Under the pieces are notes generated by a model. That model saw only the letters and a program-made list of their open reading frames with translations, made no database searches and was not told the DNA's origin. 64,000 nt of DNA from Phoronis australis (taxonomy: Eukaryota > Animalia > Phoronida). Position 1 is the stretch's first letter. Each line of letters starts with the position of its first letter. The position numbers and the translations under genes were made by a program. Location of the stretch: the NCBI GenBank assembly GCA_002633005.1, contig NMRA01000725.1, positions 103,025-167,024 on the forward strand, in the 5' to 3' direction. Below are positions 50,001-62,205 of this stretch, piece after piece.

Positions 50001-53000
50001 GACCGTCGCACCAGAAAATGGGACTGACGCACCTAAAAACATGACGGCCCCACCATAAAAGAGGACCGCCGGGCAATATGCGGTTTCAATCCCCGGCGGT
50101 CATGTTCAGTCCCCGGCGGTCTTGTTTTCTGGTGGGGCGGTCATGTTTTTAGGTGCGTCAGTCCCATTTTATGGTGCGACGGTCCCATTTGATCCCCGGA
50201 GGTCCTGTTTTGGGTGAGGCGGTCCGATTTAAGAGGACCTGCCGTCATGTTGTTTCTCACCCGTGATTATTACGCGTATCGACCGAGACCAAAGTTACGA
50301 TATCGCACGGAGTTGGACAACATCTTTGCCCGGTCAGTTCGTGCAGTAAACGAAAAGGTGTAACAGTTATGATATGTGAGTGCCAATATTGATATGGTGA
50401 CCCTTCGCAGGGTACTCGTAAATTATTTCAAACTGTTTAGAGATAACTAAATGGCATTTCAACTGCATGTACCATTATTTTTTTCACATGTCTTACCTGA
50501 AAGTGCACAAGTTCTGGATGAAGTAAGTATTCTGTATTTGTTGGAAAAGTCGACTTGTCAAATAAGAACTTGATTGTCTTTGCTTTGGCATCCTCAGCAT
50601 TTTGAATTAGCTCCTGAAAACGTAAAGGATAACAAACTCTAATTGTGGCCGATGATGACGACATTGAAGTCAGCCGGGCTTGATGGTGCTATTTGCTTTT
50701 TATGGGCTTGGCTGTATGTGCTGGATGAGATAACTGTCGTCGTAAAACAATACGCTTGTTTAGCGTACGAGTTGCAAAGTCAAAAACCAACAATAAGTAA
50801 GGCAAACTATCTACATGTACATGGCTGTTTATAAAATTGAAAAGTGAACAGTAACCGTCTTTGAATTTTTGAAATCAATGCATTATAAGATAAATTAGCT
50901 AATAGGTTTTCCCTAGCCTCGCAGCTAAGTCACGAGCATTAATTTGTGAATCGATTAAGACAGGTTACTGAGACACACTCTGGCCCAGGCTCGCTTTAAG
51001 CGTTGGAGTAACAAAACCTCAAATGTTAGCGTAGACGTTGTCTCATAACAACCGACAAACGTAATTTCGGGATTATTGTTCAATGGGATAGACGTTTTGA
51101 AGTCGTTAGCACTGACCACAGCTATAAAACAACAAAATTCGTTGTGTTTTTGTGATTCTATTACAAATCGCCAATTCTCGCCGTTGTCTGCAAGACATTC
51201 GCTAAAACGAAAGCCGATGTCTTCACCACACTAAACTACTTCGCTACCCAACGCGTAGGATTTGGCTCAGTGGTAGAGAGTTTGGCTGCTACTGCTGACT
51301 CGAGTTCTAAAAACTTAGTTACTTCTTGCTGATAATGAAAGGAACTTCATCAATTTTAGTCATTTTTGGGGAACTGGATAGATATTTTGAAGTGATATGC
51401 TTTGACCAGAGGTATAAAACAATAAAGGCCCAGGTTCGTAGCCAGGGGGGGGGGAGTTCGGGGAGTTCGATCGAACCCCCCCCCCCTCAGAGGAAAAGGT
51501 CCAGCCCTAGCCTATCCGATAGGATAAAATATGATTTAGATGGACAACAAAATTGTTGTAGCTACTAGTTCTACTAACCACAATCATAAGCAAGTTAATA
51601 TTAATTTTTAATATGCTTCCGATCTAAAGCGCTTCACATAACCATCGGGTCGTATCCGGCCCGAGTGGTGACTGCGTAGATGACGATTACAGGAGGCTTT
51701 ATGTTATTCATTGGCATTGAAAGCGCGTGATCTCTATACCATAGGCCTTGGGTAACAAGGGATTCTAGAAGTAAATGTGTATGCTTAAGCCAAACTATAT
51801 AGCATTGAGATAGGTCCCCAAAAGTAGTGCGGTGTGAATGCCTTAAAATCGACCAAGAAACAAAACAGCAGAAATTGAGTTTGTTTTTTGCTACTTTGGT
51901 GTATTTTCTAGCATAGTGTGGATAAAGTTCAGGCATTTTCAAATTTCGAATTGAAAGTGATCGTCAAATATCTTGTTCATCAAGCGTTCACTTTGATTGT
52001 GGATTGGTGGATTGACATGCATGCGTGTACACTTGTGTGCGTTTCCGTTCTTTTAAATTCAGTACACGCCGACGGTAAGTTCACTGACTACTCTGTCGTT
52101 TCTCAAAAATCATTCAATTAGCTACTGCGTTTTCTTGCTCTGAGAAATCCCCGAATGTTCGCATTATAAGGCAAGTCTAGACCTAATTAAAACTTTGGTC
52201 AATGAAGAAAGTCTTTTCTTGTAAATCAATGACAATGGTGCACAGCCTCGCAGATTAGTCATACGAGCAACAATTTTGATGGAAAAGATTTCCAAGGTTA
52301 CATGTCCCAAGGCTCACTACTCCGAAGGTTCGCTACCGTCGAAAGTTCACTACTTCGAATGTGCAAAATTCCGAAACCAAAACTCCGACAGTTCATTACT
52401 CTGATTTTCTACTAATGATTCAGAACCGACATGAAGAAAGTGTTGTATTTGTGTCCATTTAATAACCATTTAAAGTCCTTCTTTCAAACTGCCCATGTGG
52501 TTCCAGTATCCGAAAATACTTACTACATAAATTCTTATTTTCGACACCCTTTCTTTATATTCTTTTCGCCTTTCTTGCCAAAAGCGATTTTTAACAGTAT
52601 TTGACCCTTCTCTGTGAGCGTATAATTACCGGTTGTCATCGGTTATTTCCGTACCCACATTTCCGGCTCATCAGTTCAGGAACTTGTCCTGAACGCCGCC
52701 ATTTTTTCCTTGTAACTGAATGTGCTATGGCTTGCTCGAAAAGTCTTCATTATTTTGTTTTATTAGTAATATATCGTGATTCGTTTGCATATGTAGTGTA
52801 TTTATAGTTTGTAGTTAGTGGTCGTTGTGTTTTTTGGAATGTTACGCGTACTTAGTATGTTAAAATAGCATTGGTGTTTAGTTCCTTACGTAGGCCGGTC
52901 GAACCTAGGAACCAATATGGGTCGAACCTATTTTTTCAGTTTTATTTTTTTCCTCGTTTTGAAAAAGTACTTTGCTATCATCGGAAAGGTAGTACATTCT

Positions 53001-56000
53001 ACTCAGTAAAAATCGAAAAAGTATCAAAATCGGGGCAAGCACTGTAAAGTTATTGCAGGTTTTGTGGCGAAATTTGGGTCACTTTGTTTGGATCGCGTCG
53101 GCCATATTGGAGGACAGCGGGATGAGTTACGAGTTTAAAACTTTGTGTAAATTGTTTTCGCCAACAAATTACAGTGAAATTTAGTTAGACATATCTTTAC
53201 TTACTATTCTGTACGATTTAGCAGTGTTCACCAAATTTCAGCCTCGCAGTTGTTACTCATTAAGTGATAAATGTGCTCACAAATCCCGTTGGACTTCGTC
53301 TCATTTCTGGCGGCACCTACAATGTCGGCTTTTGCTGAACTGAAAGGCATGTTCAATCGGCTACTTTGTAATTTGTGAAGATTTTACGTTGATAAATTTT
53401 GACAAACGTTGCTACAAAAAAGAAACTTTGTTTAATTTTCGTGTTTTTGTTTTTGTGTTTGTGGCCAGCGACCAGTTAGGCCTAAGGGTAGTCTTGGTGC
53501 AAAGCTGTATAGGCCTACTAACAATCTGTATTTGACAATAGTCTTCACTGGTAGCTGGTGACTGGTGCTAACTAAGGTCTGCCGTGGCAGTGTGACACAG
53601 GACTAACCAGCCAGTAATTTCATGCAAGTGTCTGAAACTCATGCAGCATTTATCATTTGACCATTTTACTTCGACAAAACAGCTTGCAACCGCATGCATT
53701 TACCGTTCGCCAGTGTCTGGTCTCGATCCGCACCGGGTCCGATAGGCTGCGGTCCCGAGTCTGGCAAAATAATTTCTGTCAAAATTTATTCGCCACATTT
53801 CTTCAGCAAATTCCTGAACGCCGCCATTTTTTTCTTGTAACTGAATGTGCAATCGCTTGCTCGAAAAGTCTTCATTATTTTGTTTTATTAATAATACCTC
53901 GTGATTCGTTTGTGTGTGTAGTGTATTTATAGTTTGTAGTTAGTGGAATGTTACGCGTACTTATTATGTTAAAATAGCATTGGTGTTTAGTTCTTTACGT
54001 AGGGCGGTCGAACCTAGGAACCAATATGAGTCGAACCAATTTTTTTCCGTTTTGATTTTTTTTCTCGTTTTGAAAAAGTACTTTGCTATCATCGGGAACG
54101 TAGTGCATTCCACTCAGTAAAAATCGAAAAAGTATCAAAATCGGGGAAAGCAGTGTAAAGTTATTGCAATTTTTGTGGCGAAATTTGGGTCACTTTGTTT
54201 GGATCGCTTCGCCCATATTGGAGGACAGCGGTATAATTTACGAGTTTAAAACTTTGTGTTACTGTAAATTGTTTTCGCCAACAATTTACGGTGAAATTTA
54301 GTGAGACATATCTTTACTTACTATTCTGCACGATTCAACAGTGTTCACCAAATTTCAGCCTCGCAGTTGCTACTCATTAAGTGATAAATTTGCTAACAAT
54401 TCCCGTTGGACTTCGTCTCATTTCTGGCGGCACCGACAACATGGCGACTTTTGCTGAACTGGAAGGCATGTTCAACCTGTTACTTTGTAATTTGTGTAGA
54501 TTTAACGTTGATACATTTTGGCAAACGTTGCTACAAAAAAGGAACTTTGTTCAATTTTCGTGTTTATTGTGCAAAAATACAAGATAATTCGACTTATTTT
54601 ACTGTGAATTTCCCATTCAGGTGATCTTACACTTAGCTAAAAATATAGTTGAAATAATTTTGAAATGGTTTTTTGTTTGATTATCAACTGCTGTTCAAGG
54701 CTTGATTAGGTATCACAAAATGATTCATATTTTTTAAGTTTTAAGTCTCAATTGCTTTCAAGTCATGTTTTGTAACTTATTGCTTTTTAATTCAAGTTAT
54801 CAGTCAACAATATGAATAATCTTAATTTGAGAAATCAGCTATGTTGGATTGTGAAGCTTCAAGCCTCCAATTCTTGTTCCTTGCAACTTCATATTTTTTA
54901 AATGAGGCTTGTCAAATTCTGGTGTAAGGAAACACTATTCCGTCACCAGGGTAATAGTTACATGTATGTTCACTTCATATCATGGAAACTTGCTGTTGAA
55001 TAGTGTTTGTAATGCTAAATGTTATAAAGTATTGTGCATTTTAAGTTAATACGTATTATGTTAAAAGTTTTAATCATTTTGGCTTAATGAATAAAAAATG
55101 ATAACATTTTGTATTGGTCTTGTCATACTTATGTGCTCGAACGAGCCCCCTATTTGGAGAAATGGAAAAAGTTCTGCCTCAGTCAGAGAAACACGAACTC
55201 CGAAAAACAGTAGAAAACGAGACGATATTCCACTAGAAGACAGGAAGTACCAAACTTTAGCGTCCGCAGTTCATAACTTTGAACATACCCAGTGAATCGT
55301 GTAGTAAAAGATAGACATTCCCAAAAATTCCAGCCCCCCATTTTTTTAAGCTTGGTGCGCTCATACAAAGTCTGGGAAAATCTCTGTTGAAAGCCAACAA
55401 CTTTGCACAGTACCCAAGTTCTAAATAAACCTCGTTTGAGCGAGCGGTGTGGCCAGTGACCAGGTAAGCCTAAGGGTAGCCTTGGCTCAAAGCTGTAGGG
55501 GCCTGCTAACAAGCTAGCTGTATTTTGACGGTAGTCTTCATACTGGTAGCTGGCACTGAGGCCAGCTAAGGGCTGCCGCGGCAGTGTGACACAGGATATT
55601 ACCAGCCCGTAATTTTGTGCAAGTGTCTGAAACTACCTTTGAATATATACGGCATTTATGATTTGAACATTTTAATTCGACAAAACGGCTTGCAACCGCA
55701 TGCCATTACCATTCGCCAGTGTTTGTCTCGATCCGCACCGGGTCTCAGAATAGGCTGCGGTCCCGAGTCCGGCAAAATAATTTCTATCAAAATTTATTCG
55801 CCACATTTTTTCAGCAAATTCGATAACAGGCACTCGTCCATTCACACTGACGGTGTTTTCTTAGCCTGGGTTCCTGAATGAATTGTACTTCCTGGTTCGC
55901 GGCAAGTTCAAAATGGCGGTGGTTCTTTGGGTACGAATCGTGAGTGGCGCGTTCATTTAAACTTTTTCGAATACGGATCGTGTATTAGTTATGTGGTAGG

Positions 56001-59000
56001 TACTTCTTGGATCCTTGTAACATTCTCTAGCCATGTAATAAGGGTTAACAACGTGTGAGAGCAGGACTTTAAGCAAAAGTTACGCATGTGTCTTGACTTC
56101 TGATTGGTTGTTCATAGGCACTAAAATTGGTTTAACGCAAAATTACGCGCCTATATAGCTACTAGTGTAACTAGACTTCTGGGTTGTTTTTCAAGTCAAA
56201 TTTTGCACGTAGACGACGAGCGTAACTTGGTTCCTAATTGGCTGTATAAAATTTTAAAGAATCAAATGTGTTAAAGAGCGACGTCAGCACAATCAAACTT
56301 AGTTACTCCTGTAATTTTGTTTAAACAACACATCAGAAGCTATAACTGAGGCGTGTCCGGCGTAGGCGCAGTTTTGCTTAACAACGAACGACCAATCAGA
56401 TGCCAAGTTTTCCTCATGGCTGCGCACTTAAAGGAGAATTCCACCAAAACTATGCATTTTGCATCAATTCAGCTAGGCTAATAGTTCCTCCTGGTAACAC
56501 CACGTTCAGTTCTTTTACCTGACACTAGACGGCAGGCGATGGCGCGAAAATTAGCCCGTGGCGTCAACAGGGTTTGTGTGTCGCATAGTTCATTCCTGGA
56601 CACAAATCAAGAAATTTATCGCCTGACGTTATCATTTTGCACCAATAAAACACCAAACAACGATGCAAAACCCTTACTGATACAATCAGTTGTCGAACTC
56701 AAGAGTTATTTTATGTTGCAGTTGCTGCTACGTCTGCAACATTGTCAGATGAAGTCGGTTTCGAGGCAGCAAATTTCTCAGTCTTGCACCGGGAAGTATG
56801 TGCTTGTTCAGTAAATTGCAGGACACAATAATTAACGGATTTCTGTGTAGTGACTCGTTCGTGGTGGGGCCCCGCGCAACCCGGCGAGTGAATGATCGAT
56901 CGTCATGGAACTGAGTGTAACTCACCCGCGCGGTGCAATGAGTATAGCGATTGATTGATCGGCCAGTAGGGATACGGCCGTGTCGTTATCGGTTTGACGG
57001 TGGCAAACCAGTCCAGCTTTCCTATTGTCTGCTTGCATCTGATAAGCTCACGTAGATAGAAGTAGGGACTAGTTACCAGATGTAACCGAGGTTACGATTA
57101 AATGGGTGTAGGCCTACGTTAGGAAACTGTGTCAAACATTTGATGACGTACTTTTCAATCAAATAGTTATCATTAATTATTCAGTGAAGACTGTTTTCAA
57201 AGAACGATACGTAATACGGTTATTTAGCAACGAATTCATCCAATATCTAGTTAAATGATAGTCATTTAATGAAACTGGGATCTCAAAACTTAATGTCTCG
57301 ACAAAATAAAAAACTTACATTAAAACATATTACATACGTATTTTATAGAACAATCCATAAGATTTTCAAAACATGAAAACAACTACCAAAAATACGTCCA
57401 TGGGCATGCTCTTGGAAATTTTTGTGAATATACTTGCATGGAATTAGTTTTGGGTTGACCTAGTATTAGAAGTTCCAGGTATATGTAGGAGCATGCAAAT
57501 GCGTGCCCTACCTTTTAATGGGAATTTTATATCTGGTTCATCCGTGCACCAACAACATGTTAGCCGGCACCCTGAGCTGAAGTCAGGTACTGCCAGTTGA
57601 CTTCTCCATGGCTTTAGTGTATGGACAGCTTAGTAAAAAAACACCTCGTCTGCACCTGCCAAAAACAGGCTACTACTCACGCATTTTTGCAAACTACGAC
57701 TATCATGACAAAAATTTAACTTATATTCCGTCAAAAGGACATAAATTTGTGAAAATTGGTTTAAATGAACTGGACCTGTTTGATCGAGTAATTTAAACAT
57801 AATTTTCAGTTCATACAAAAGTCAAATATATAATTTGAAAAACGTATAATTCCTTTTCGTTCAAGTAATTAAATTCTTTTCACAGTCATACCTAGAAAAT
57901 TAACTCCAGCTTACTCTGCTCAATAGGTTATCTCCTACCTTGAGTATTTGGCCGTCATCTGGATACTGGTCCAAAATTGACCTCATTTGTTCTATTAGGC
58001 TCGGCTGTAGAATGCCAAAATCTGCAAGAAGTTCACCATTCGAAATAAGTGAATGATTGAAGGAAATGCACCAATTTGTACCGAGCCATTCCATGTAGGG
58101 TAATGCCCTCGATTTTTCTTCCAGGGTTAAATTATACACTTTCTGCCATACACGTAAATACCTACTAGTAATGGTGACTTATAGATATGTTAGAACTTGA
58201 TAAAAAACGACCCCAGTTTTTATTTCCATTTCAATCAAAGCTTTTGGCTCTCATATGCACATTCAGTTTGAAACTTAGGTCTTTGTATAGCTTGCAAACG
58301 GTTCGTGTATACATACATTGCTTTTCATCAATATAGTTGCAGGTATGTCGGGAAAAGCACATTTCATTTATGAAAGTGCAACAATAGTCACTTGAAAATC
58401 CAACTGTAATCCCGGGTTACACTTTACGCGCTTACTTACACTCCCTGGCTTTCTACCAAATTCCCTCAGCGTATAGTAACATTTATTCCACAATATTAGC
58501 GTCGAATGGCAGATACAACCGTGTAATAACCCATAAAGTTATCTCACTAGTGAGATAACATTTTGGCGGGAAACCAAGGCCGGATTCGAAACCGGGCCTC
58601 AAAGTTTCGAGTTGCCGACTTTACCACTACACCACTCAGCGGCTGACGTCGTCGAATGTGAAAATAGAATACTTAATTGAGCACAAGCAACAATCGCATG
58701 TTCAGCAAACGGCATTCCACCGACATTTATACGCTATGAAAAATAATACGCATAATTTCCATAAAAACGATATTTTAATTCAGTGATTTTTTTTTCTCTC
58801 GTGTTCTCTCACTTGTAAGTCACTGATCTCCAATTTGAATGCGGGTATCGTGTCGTCGGGAACCTTTGACTTGAGCATTATAGTCAGTTACTAGTGGTGA
58901 CCTACTTTAGCAGACGATATTTTCACGGCCGAAGCTTAGCGTGATAAAATGTGTAGTAAGCTATAATAGTTGCTAAACCTTAATTTATGTATTCACTTTA

Positions 59001-62000
59001 TTTCTATTTTGTTTAAATTTTCAATTGGTTTTGAGTATAAGCATTATTTGACAAAAATAGCTCGGCTTTTCTTAAAAGGTCACGACCTCCGACCCCGGGC
59101 CTCTGACGTAGAAAGTAGTTACAAAGCCGAGGCGAGTCGAGAAAGGTAGATGATTCATTGCAATGTTTCTCGTTCAGTATGTGGTAACATTTTGGCGGGA
59201 AACCGAGGCCGGATTCGAACCCGGGCCTCAAGAGTTTCTGGTCACCGACTTTACCACTACGACAATCAGCGGGTGACGTCACCAAGCGTGAAAATAGAAT
59301 ACTTAAAGGAGCATGCCACCCAAACAACAACCTAATTTGTATCAATTTAGATCGAGTAGTTCTACTACATAAGGACACGTACGGTTGCGTTACCTGACGG
59401 CAGACGGAGGTGTTGAAATTATTCAATGACGTCATCGGTTTCACACGCAGTCTGTTCAGCAGTTCACAACATGGGTTACTGGTGTCAGCTTATCGCTTGA
59501 ATTCATCGTTTAACACCAATAAATCATCAAACTTCGATGTAAAACCCTTAAAAATACACCGAGTTCTTATAAAAACGTGTTGTTTCATTTCGCTCTTACG
59601 GATTTATTGGTATTTGGACACACCGTAGCCTACAAAGTTCGGCAGGGCAATAAGGTCCGTAGCAGGAGTTTGGGGTCTGTTCGGAGATAATTTCGAAGTA
59701 TTTTCCGTGAGATACAGACAGAAGAACTTAGATCTGTGTTGTTTAGACTTGTGATTTTTTGAGTTCTAAACACAAAACGCTTGTTATCCTGGCCAGTGGC
59801 TCGGAGCCGATCAGGCCTGTCGCGGCCGGCCGGATTGACTAGTTATCCCCACCAGTGGCTTGGAAACTGATCAGACATCACGAACATAAACCAGCCAAAG
59901 TTCAGTGGAAAGTAAACTTCCAGTCAAGAAAATACTATAAGTAGTGAGCCAAAGTAATGTGCATTTGATTATGTTGGTGAATTAGCCACGAAACTGCAAA
60001 TCTACTTACTCGTCGGGGGCCGCGAATTCAGCACCGTCAGGGCAGAAGTTGTACATTGACAATCATTGTTTGAGTAATGTCAATGTAAATAAAGATTACC
60101 CTAACACCTGGCCGTGGGATGGAAATCGAGTTGTTTCACAACAGTTTCTGCCAGCAAACACTAAATTAGCATGAGCTCACACGGCCTCGGTGTCCCGTCA
60201 ATTAGTTTTATTGCACCTAAAGCCGATAACGCAGTGATTTATTCATTTCTGGCTTCTCAAATCATTTGCACTCACGAACACTCCACAGGCATTACAATTT
60301 GCATCTAATGTGACAAACTTTGTTTAAGTTTTATATAAGTATTGGTTAGGGTGAGAATAATTCATTTTGAAACAGAACGCTCAGTAATCAACGCCAACAT
60401 GGCAACTCGCAATCGCGACCTAGGACGAGCTAGAGCTCATCAGTCCCGACTTCGCAGGTGGATCGTTAAGTTTTAAAGGCTATCAATTCGAACAGGAATA
60501 CAGTGATGAAGAAATACAAAAGAGGCGCCGTGAACAAGCTCAGACAACGGAACGTATGGAGTTATTTGGTAAGCCGGCATTCGATCGTCAGGCACTGTGG
60601 ACGTCGGCAGGCCACAGACACGGAGAGGTTTCACGGCCTCATACTTGCTATTTACAGCGTACATTTCATTCTTCACTACCATGAGCCACTTCCTAAGCAT
60701 TTCGGACTCTCGAGGAAGTAAAAAAAACGATATACCCGCTTTTCTCGCAACTGCTTTGTTCAGACATGCGGGCGCACCGCAACATAGCGGCATTCACTCT
60801 GCATATGAACCACTGACGTCGCTAGCGTCGTTTCTCACCTTCCTCACAGGTTAACGCGACACCTCTTGGCAAGGTAAGGTCGATTGTATGCGAGGCGATG
60901 TGGATATAGACCGATTAAGACGGCAAAAAAGACTAATTAAATGGGGTGGCATTTTCCTTTATATGAGCACGCGCAATAATCCCATGTTCAACAAACCGCA
61001 TTGTACTGTATTTATACGCTATGAAAAATAAGACGCATAATTTCCATAAAAACGATATCTTAATTCAGTGAAATTTTTCTCTCATGTTCTCTCACTTGTA
61101 AATCACCGATCTCCAGTTTGAATGCGGGTATCGTCGTGTCGTCGGGATCCTTTGACTTGAGAATTATACTCGGTTACCAGTGGAAACCTACTTTAGCAGA
61201 CGATAATTTCCCGGTCGAAGCTTAGCGTGAAAAAAATGTGTTTTAAGCTATAATAGTAGGTAAACCATAATTTATAAATTCAAGTTATTTCTATTTTATT
61301 CAAGTTTTCAATTGGTTTTGTGTAAAAGCATTATTTGACAAAAATAGCTCGGCTTTTCTTAAAAGGTAACGACATCCGACACCGGGCCTCTGACGTAGAA
61401 AGTAGTTACAAGCCTAGGCGAGTCGAGAAAGGTAAATCGATTCATTGCAATGTTTCTCGTTAAATAGATTATTACATGTTCTCAGCCGTTATCCCCCTTA
61501 TCTAGAGCCCTCGTGGATTTTGTATAATTATCACCCTCGGGGCTAACGCTACTCGGGTGATAATTCTCCAAAATCCACTCGGGCTCTAGATAACGGGGGA
61601 TAACGACTTCGCCATATAATAATCTACACACATATGAAAATAAGTAAGAATTCGAAGTTCATACTTAATAGATATTGTGACGTGTTATGCTAACTACATC
61701 TGTGGAATAAATGATTTTAAATTGCTGAATATGTGATGTTTTGACATTAAGAATGCGACAAAATTACTTTAAAACAACAATTTGCGTTGCGTGATGAGTT
61801 CAATGCCATTATGACGTAGTTAAGACTGATTTTTCGAACAACGGCATTTCTTTCGCCGAATTCAAAAATGGTGTTACTCAGTTTGCAAATTCGGCAACAC
61901 AAGGTAAAACAGAAATATACGTTCAAAATGTCAAGCCAGAAGAATTCGCTAGAAGCAGTAAATGTAACTTCAAGAACTAGACAGTGTGAAAACGGCTAAC

Positions 62001-62205
62001 TTAGAATAAAAATATATTGGTGGTTGCATACACCAACAGTGAAAGTGAGTTTGTCTAAAAAACCGGGAAATTTTGGACAATTTAATCATTTTTTTTTTCG
62101 TCCAGTGTTTGTGTTTTGCGCACTGTGGGAGTACTGGGCTAACACAACATCGACAATAAATCCCATTTACTCACCCTGCATATTGCGGAATAGGCCTGAC
62201 GCCAT
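34672..62205 (-). CDS. SACS: Sacsin-like gene (2 SRRs, degenerate J domain, HEPN), 7 exons, ~3239 aa
   Basis: ILDQYPDDGQILK|ELIQNAEDA, GPALYAFND, VGRFGLGFKSVFH, FCFLPLP...TGLPIHING (SRR1-like). FGQEEKLTNRI...KELLQNADDA...TGQYGVGFN (SRR3-like). WACHKCHQ|SAEKALKAA...HDL...RYP (HEPN). Splice phases are consistent. Confidence 0.88.
37268..44634 (-). CDS. Sacsin-like giant exon (7367 bp)
   Basis: Lies within the 2497-aa ORF; atttcag| acceptor, cag|gtgag donor; SRR3-like ATPase, J-like segment, HEPN N-half. Confidence 0.92.
45361..46917 (-). CDS. Sacsin-like exon (SRR1 body)
   Basis: DMPGILSGD...DPHE...GTLFRFPLR...FCFLPLP; phase 1-1. Confidence 0.88.
47059..47206 (-). CDS. Sacsin-like exon (GHKL/HSP90-like motifs)
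   Basis: GPALYAFNDATFSEQDW...KVGRFGLGFKSVFHMT; phase 0-1. Confidence 0.9.
48480..48645. repeat. Compound (TG)/(CGTG) microsatellite
   Basis: Read directly. Confidence 0.9.
48868..50296. mobile_element. Repeat family C: Crypton-like non-autonomous element with terminal hairpin and nested insertions
   Basis: Hairpin at 48876-49095, inverted ttatccca.../...tgggataa arms, repeated end module. Minus-strand remnant GIFAGAVTNGGTFNIF. Confidence 0.5.
49925..50265. mobile_element. 341-bp palindromic MITE with 5-bp TSD ATTAT (Transib-like)
   Basis: Long inverted arms (t)acgggtgagaaacagcatgac / gtcatgttgtttctcacccgtg. ATTAT at 49920-49924 and 50266-50270. The uninterrupted site is visible at ~48924. 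Confidence 0.7.
50497..50613 (-). CDS. Sacsin-like exon
   Basis: ELIQNAEDAKAKTIKFLFD...FQ; phase 0-0. Confidence 0.9.
52688..55820. repeat. Head-to-tail dimer of an unclassified repeat (first unit internally deleted)
   Basis: 52688-53445 matches 53813-54565; 53460-53812 matches 55447-55820. Confidence 0.85.
57939..58021 (-). CDS. Sacsin-like exon 2
   Basis: DFGILQPSLIEQMRSILDQYPDDGQILK; phase 1-0. Confidence 0.85.
58483..59320. mobile_element. Repeat family A copy 3 (no hairpin, tRNA module re-duplicated)
   Basis: Homologous to copies 1 and 2. After ...tatgtggta the sequence restarts at acattttggcgggaaacc. Confidence 0.85.
60399..60958. mobile_element. Internally deleted THAP-bearing DNA transposon remnant (Kolobok-like)
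   Basis: Minus-strand THAP-like MPLCCGAPAC...ISFFLLP...RKWL...RVCG (terminal HF lost). Convergent plus-strand GYQFEQEYSDEEI remnant. End ...gtggcattttcct|ttat. Confidence 0.55.
60963..61626. mobile_element. Repeat family A copy 4 (5'-truncated, full hairpin)
   Basis: Homologous to the right two-thirds of copies 1 and 2. Confidence 0.85.
62175..62205 (-). CDS. Candidate sacsin-like first coding exon (MASGLFRNMQ)
   Basis: Good initiation context gccatcATGG and strong donor G|gtgagt. Phase 1 matches the next exon. No homology support. Confidence 0.45.

Noticed and set aside
52640-52680. Second hammerhead-like core (minus CTGATGAGCCGGAAAT)
   Set aside because: No room for stem II and no stem I/III pairing.
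59900-59925. ISRE-like GGAAAGTAAACT in a sacsin intron
   Set aside because: Imperfect short motif, expected by chance in 64 kb.
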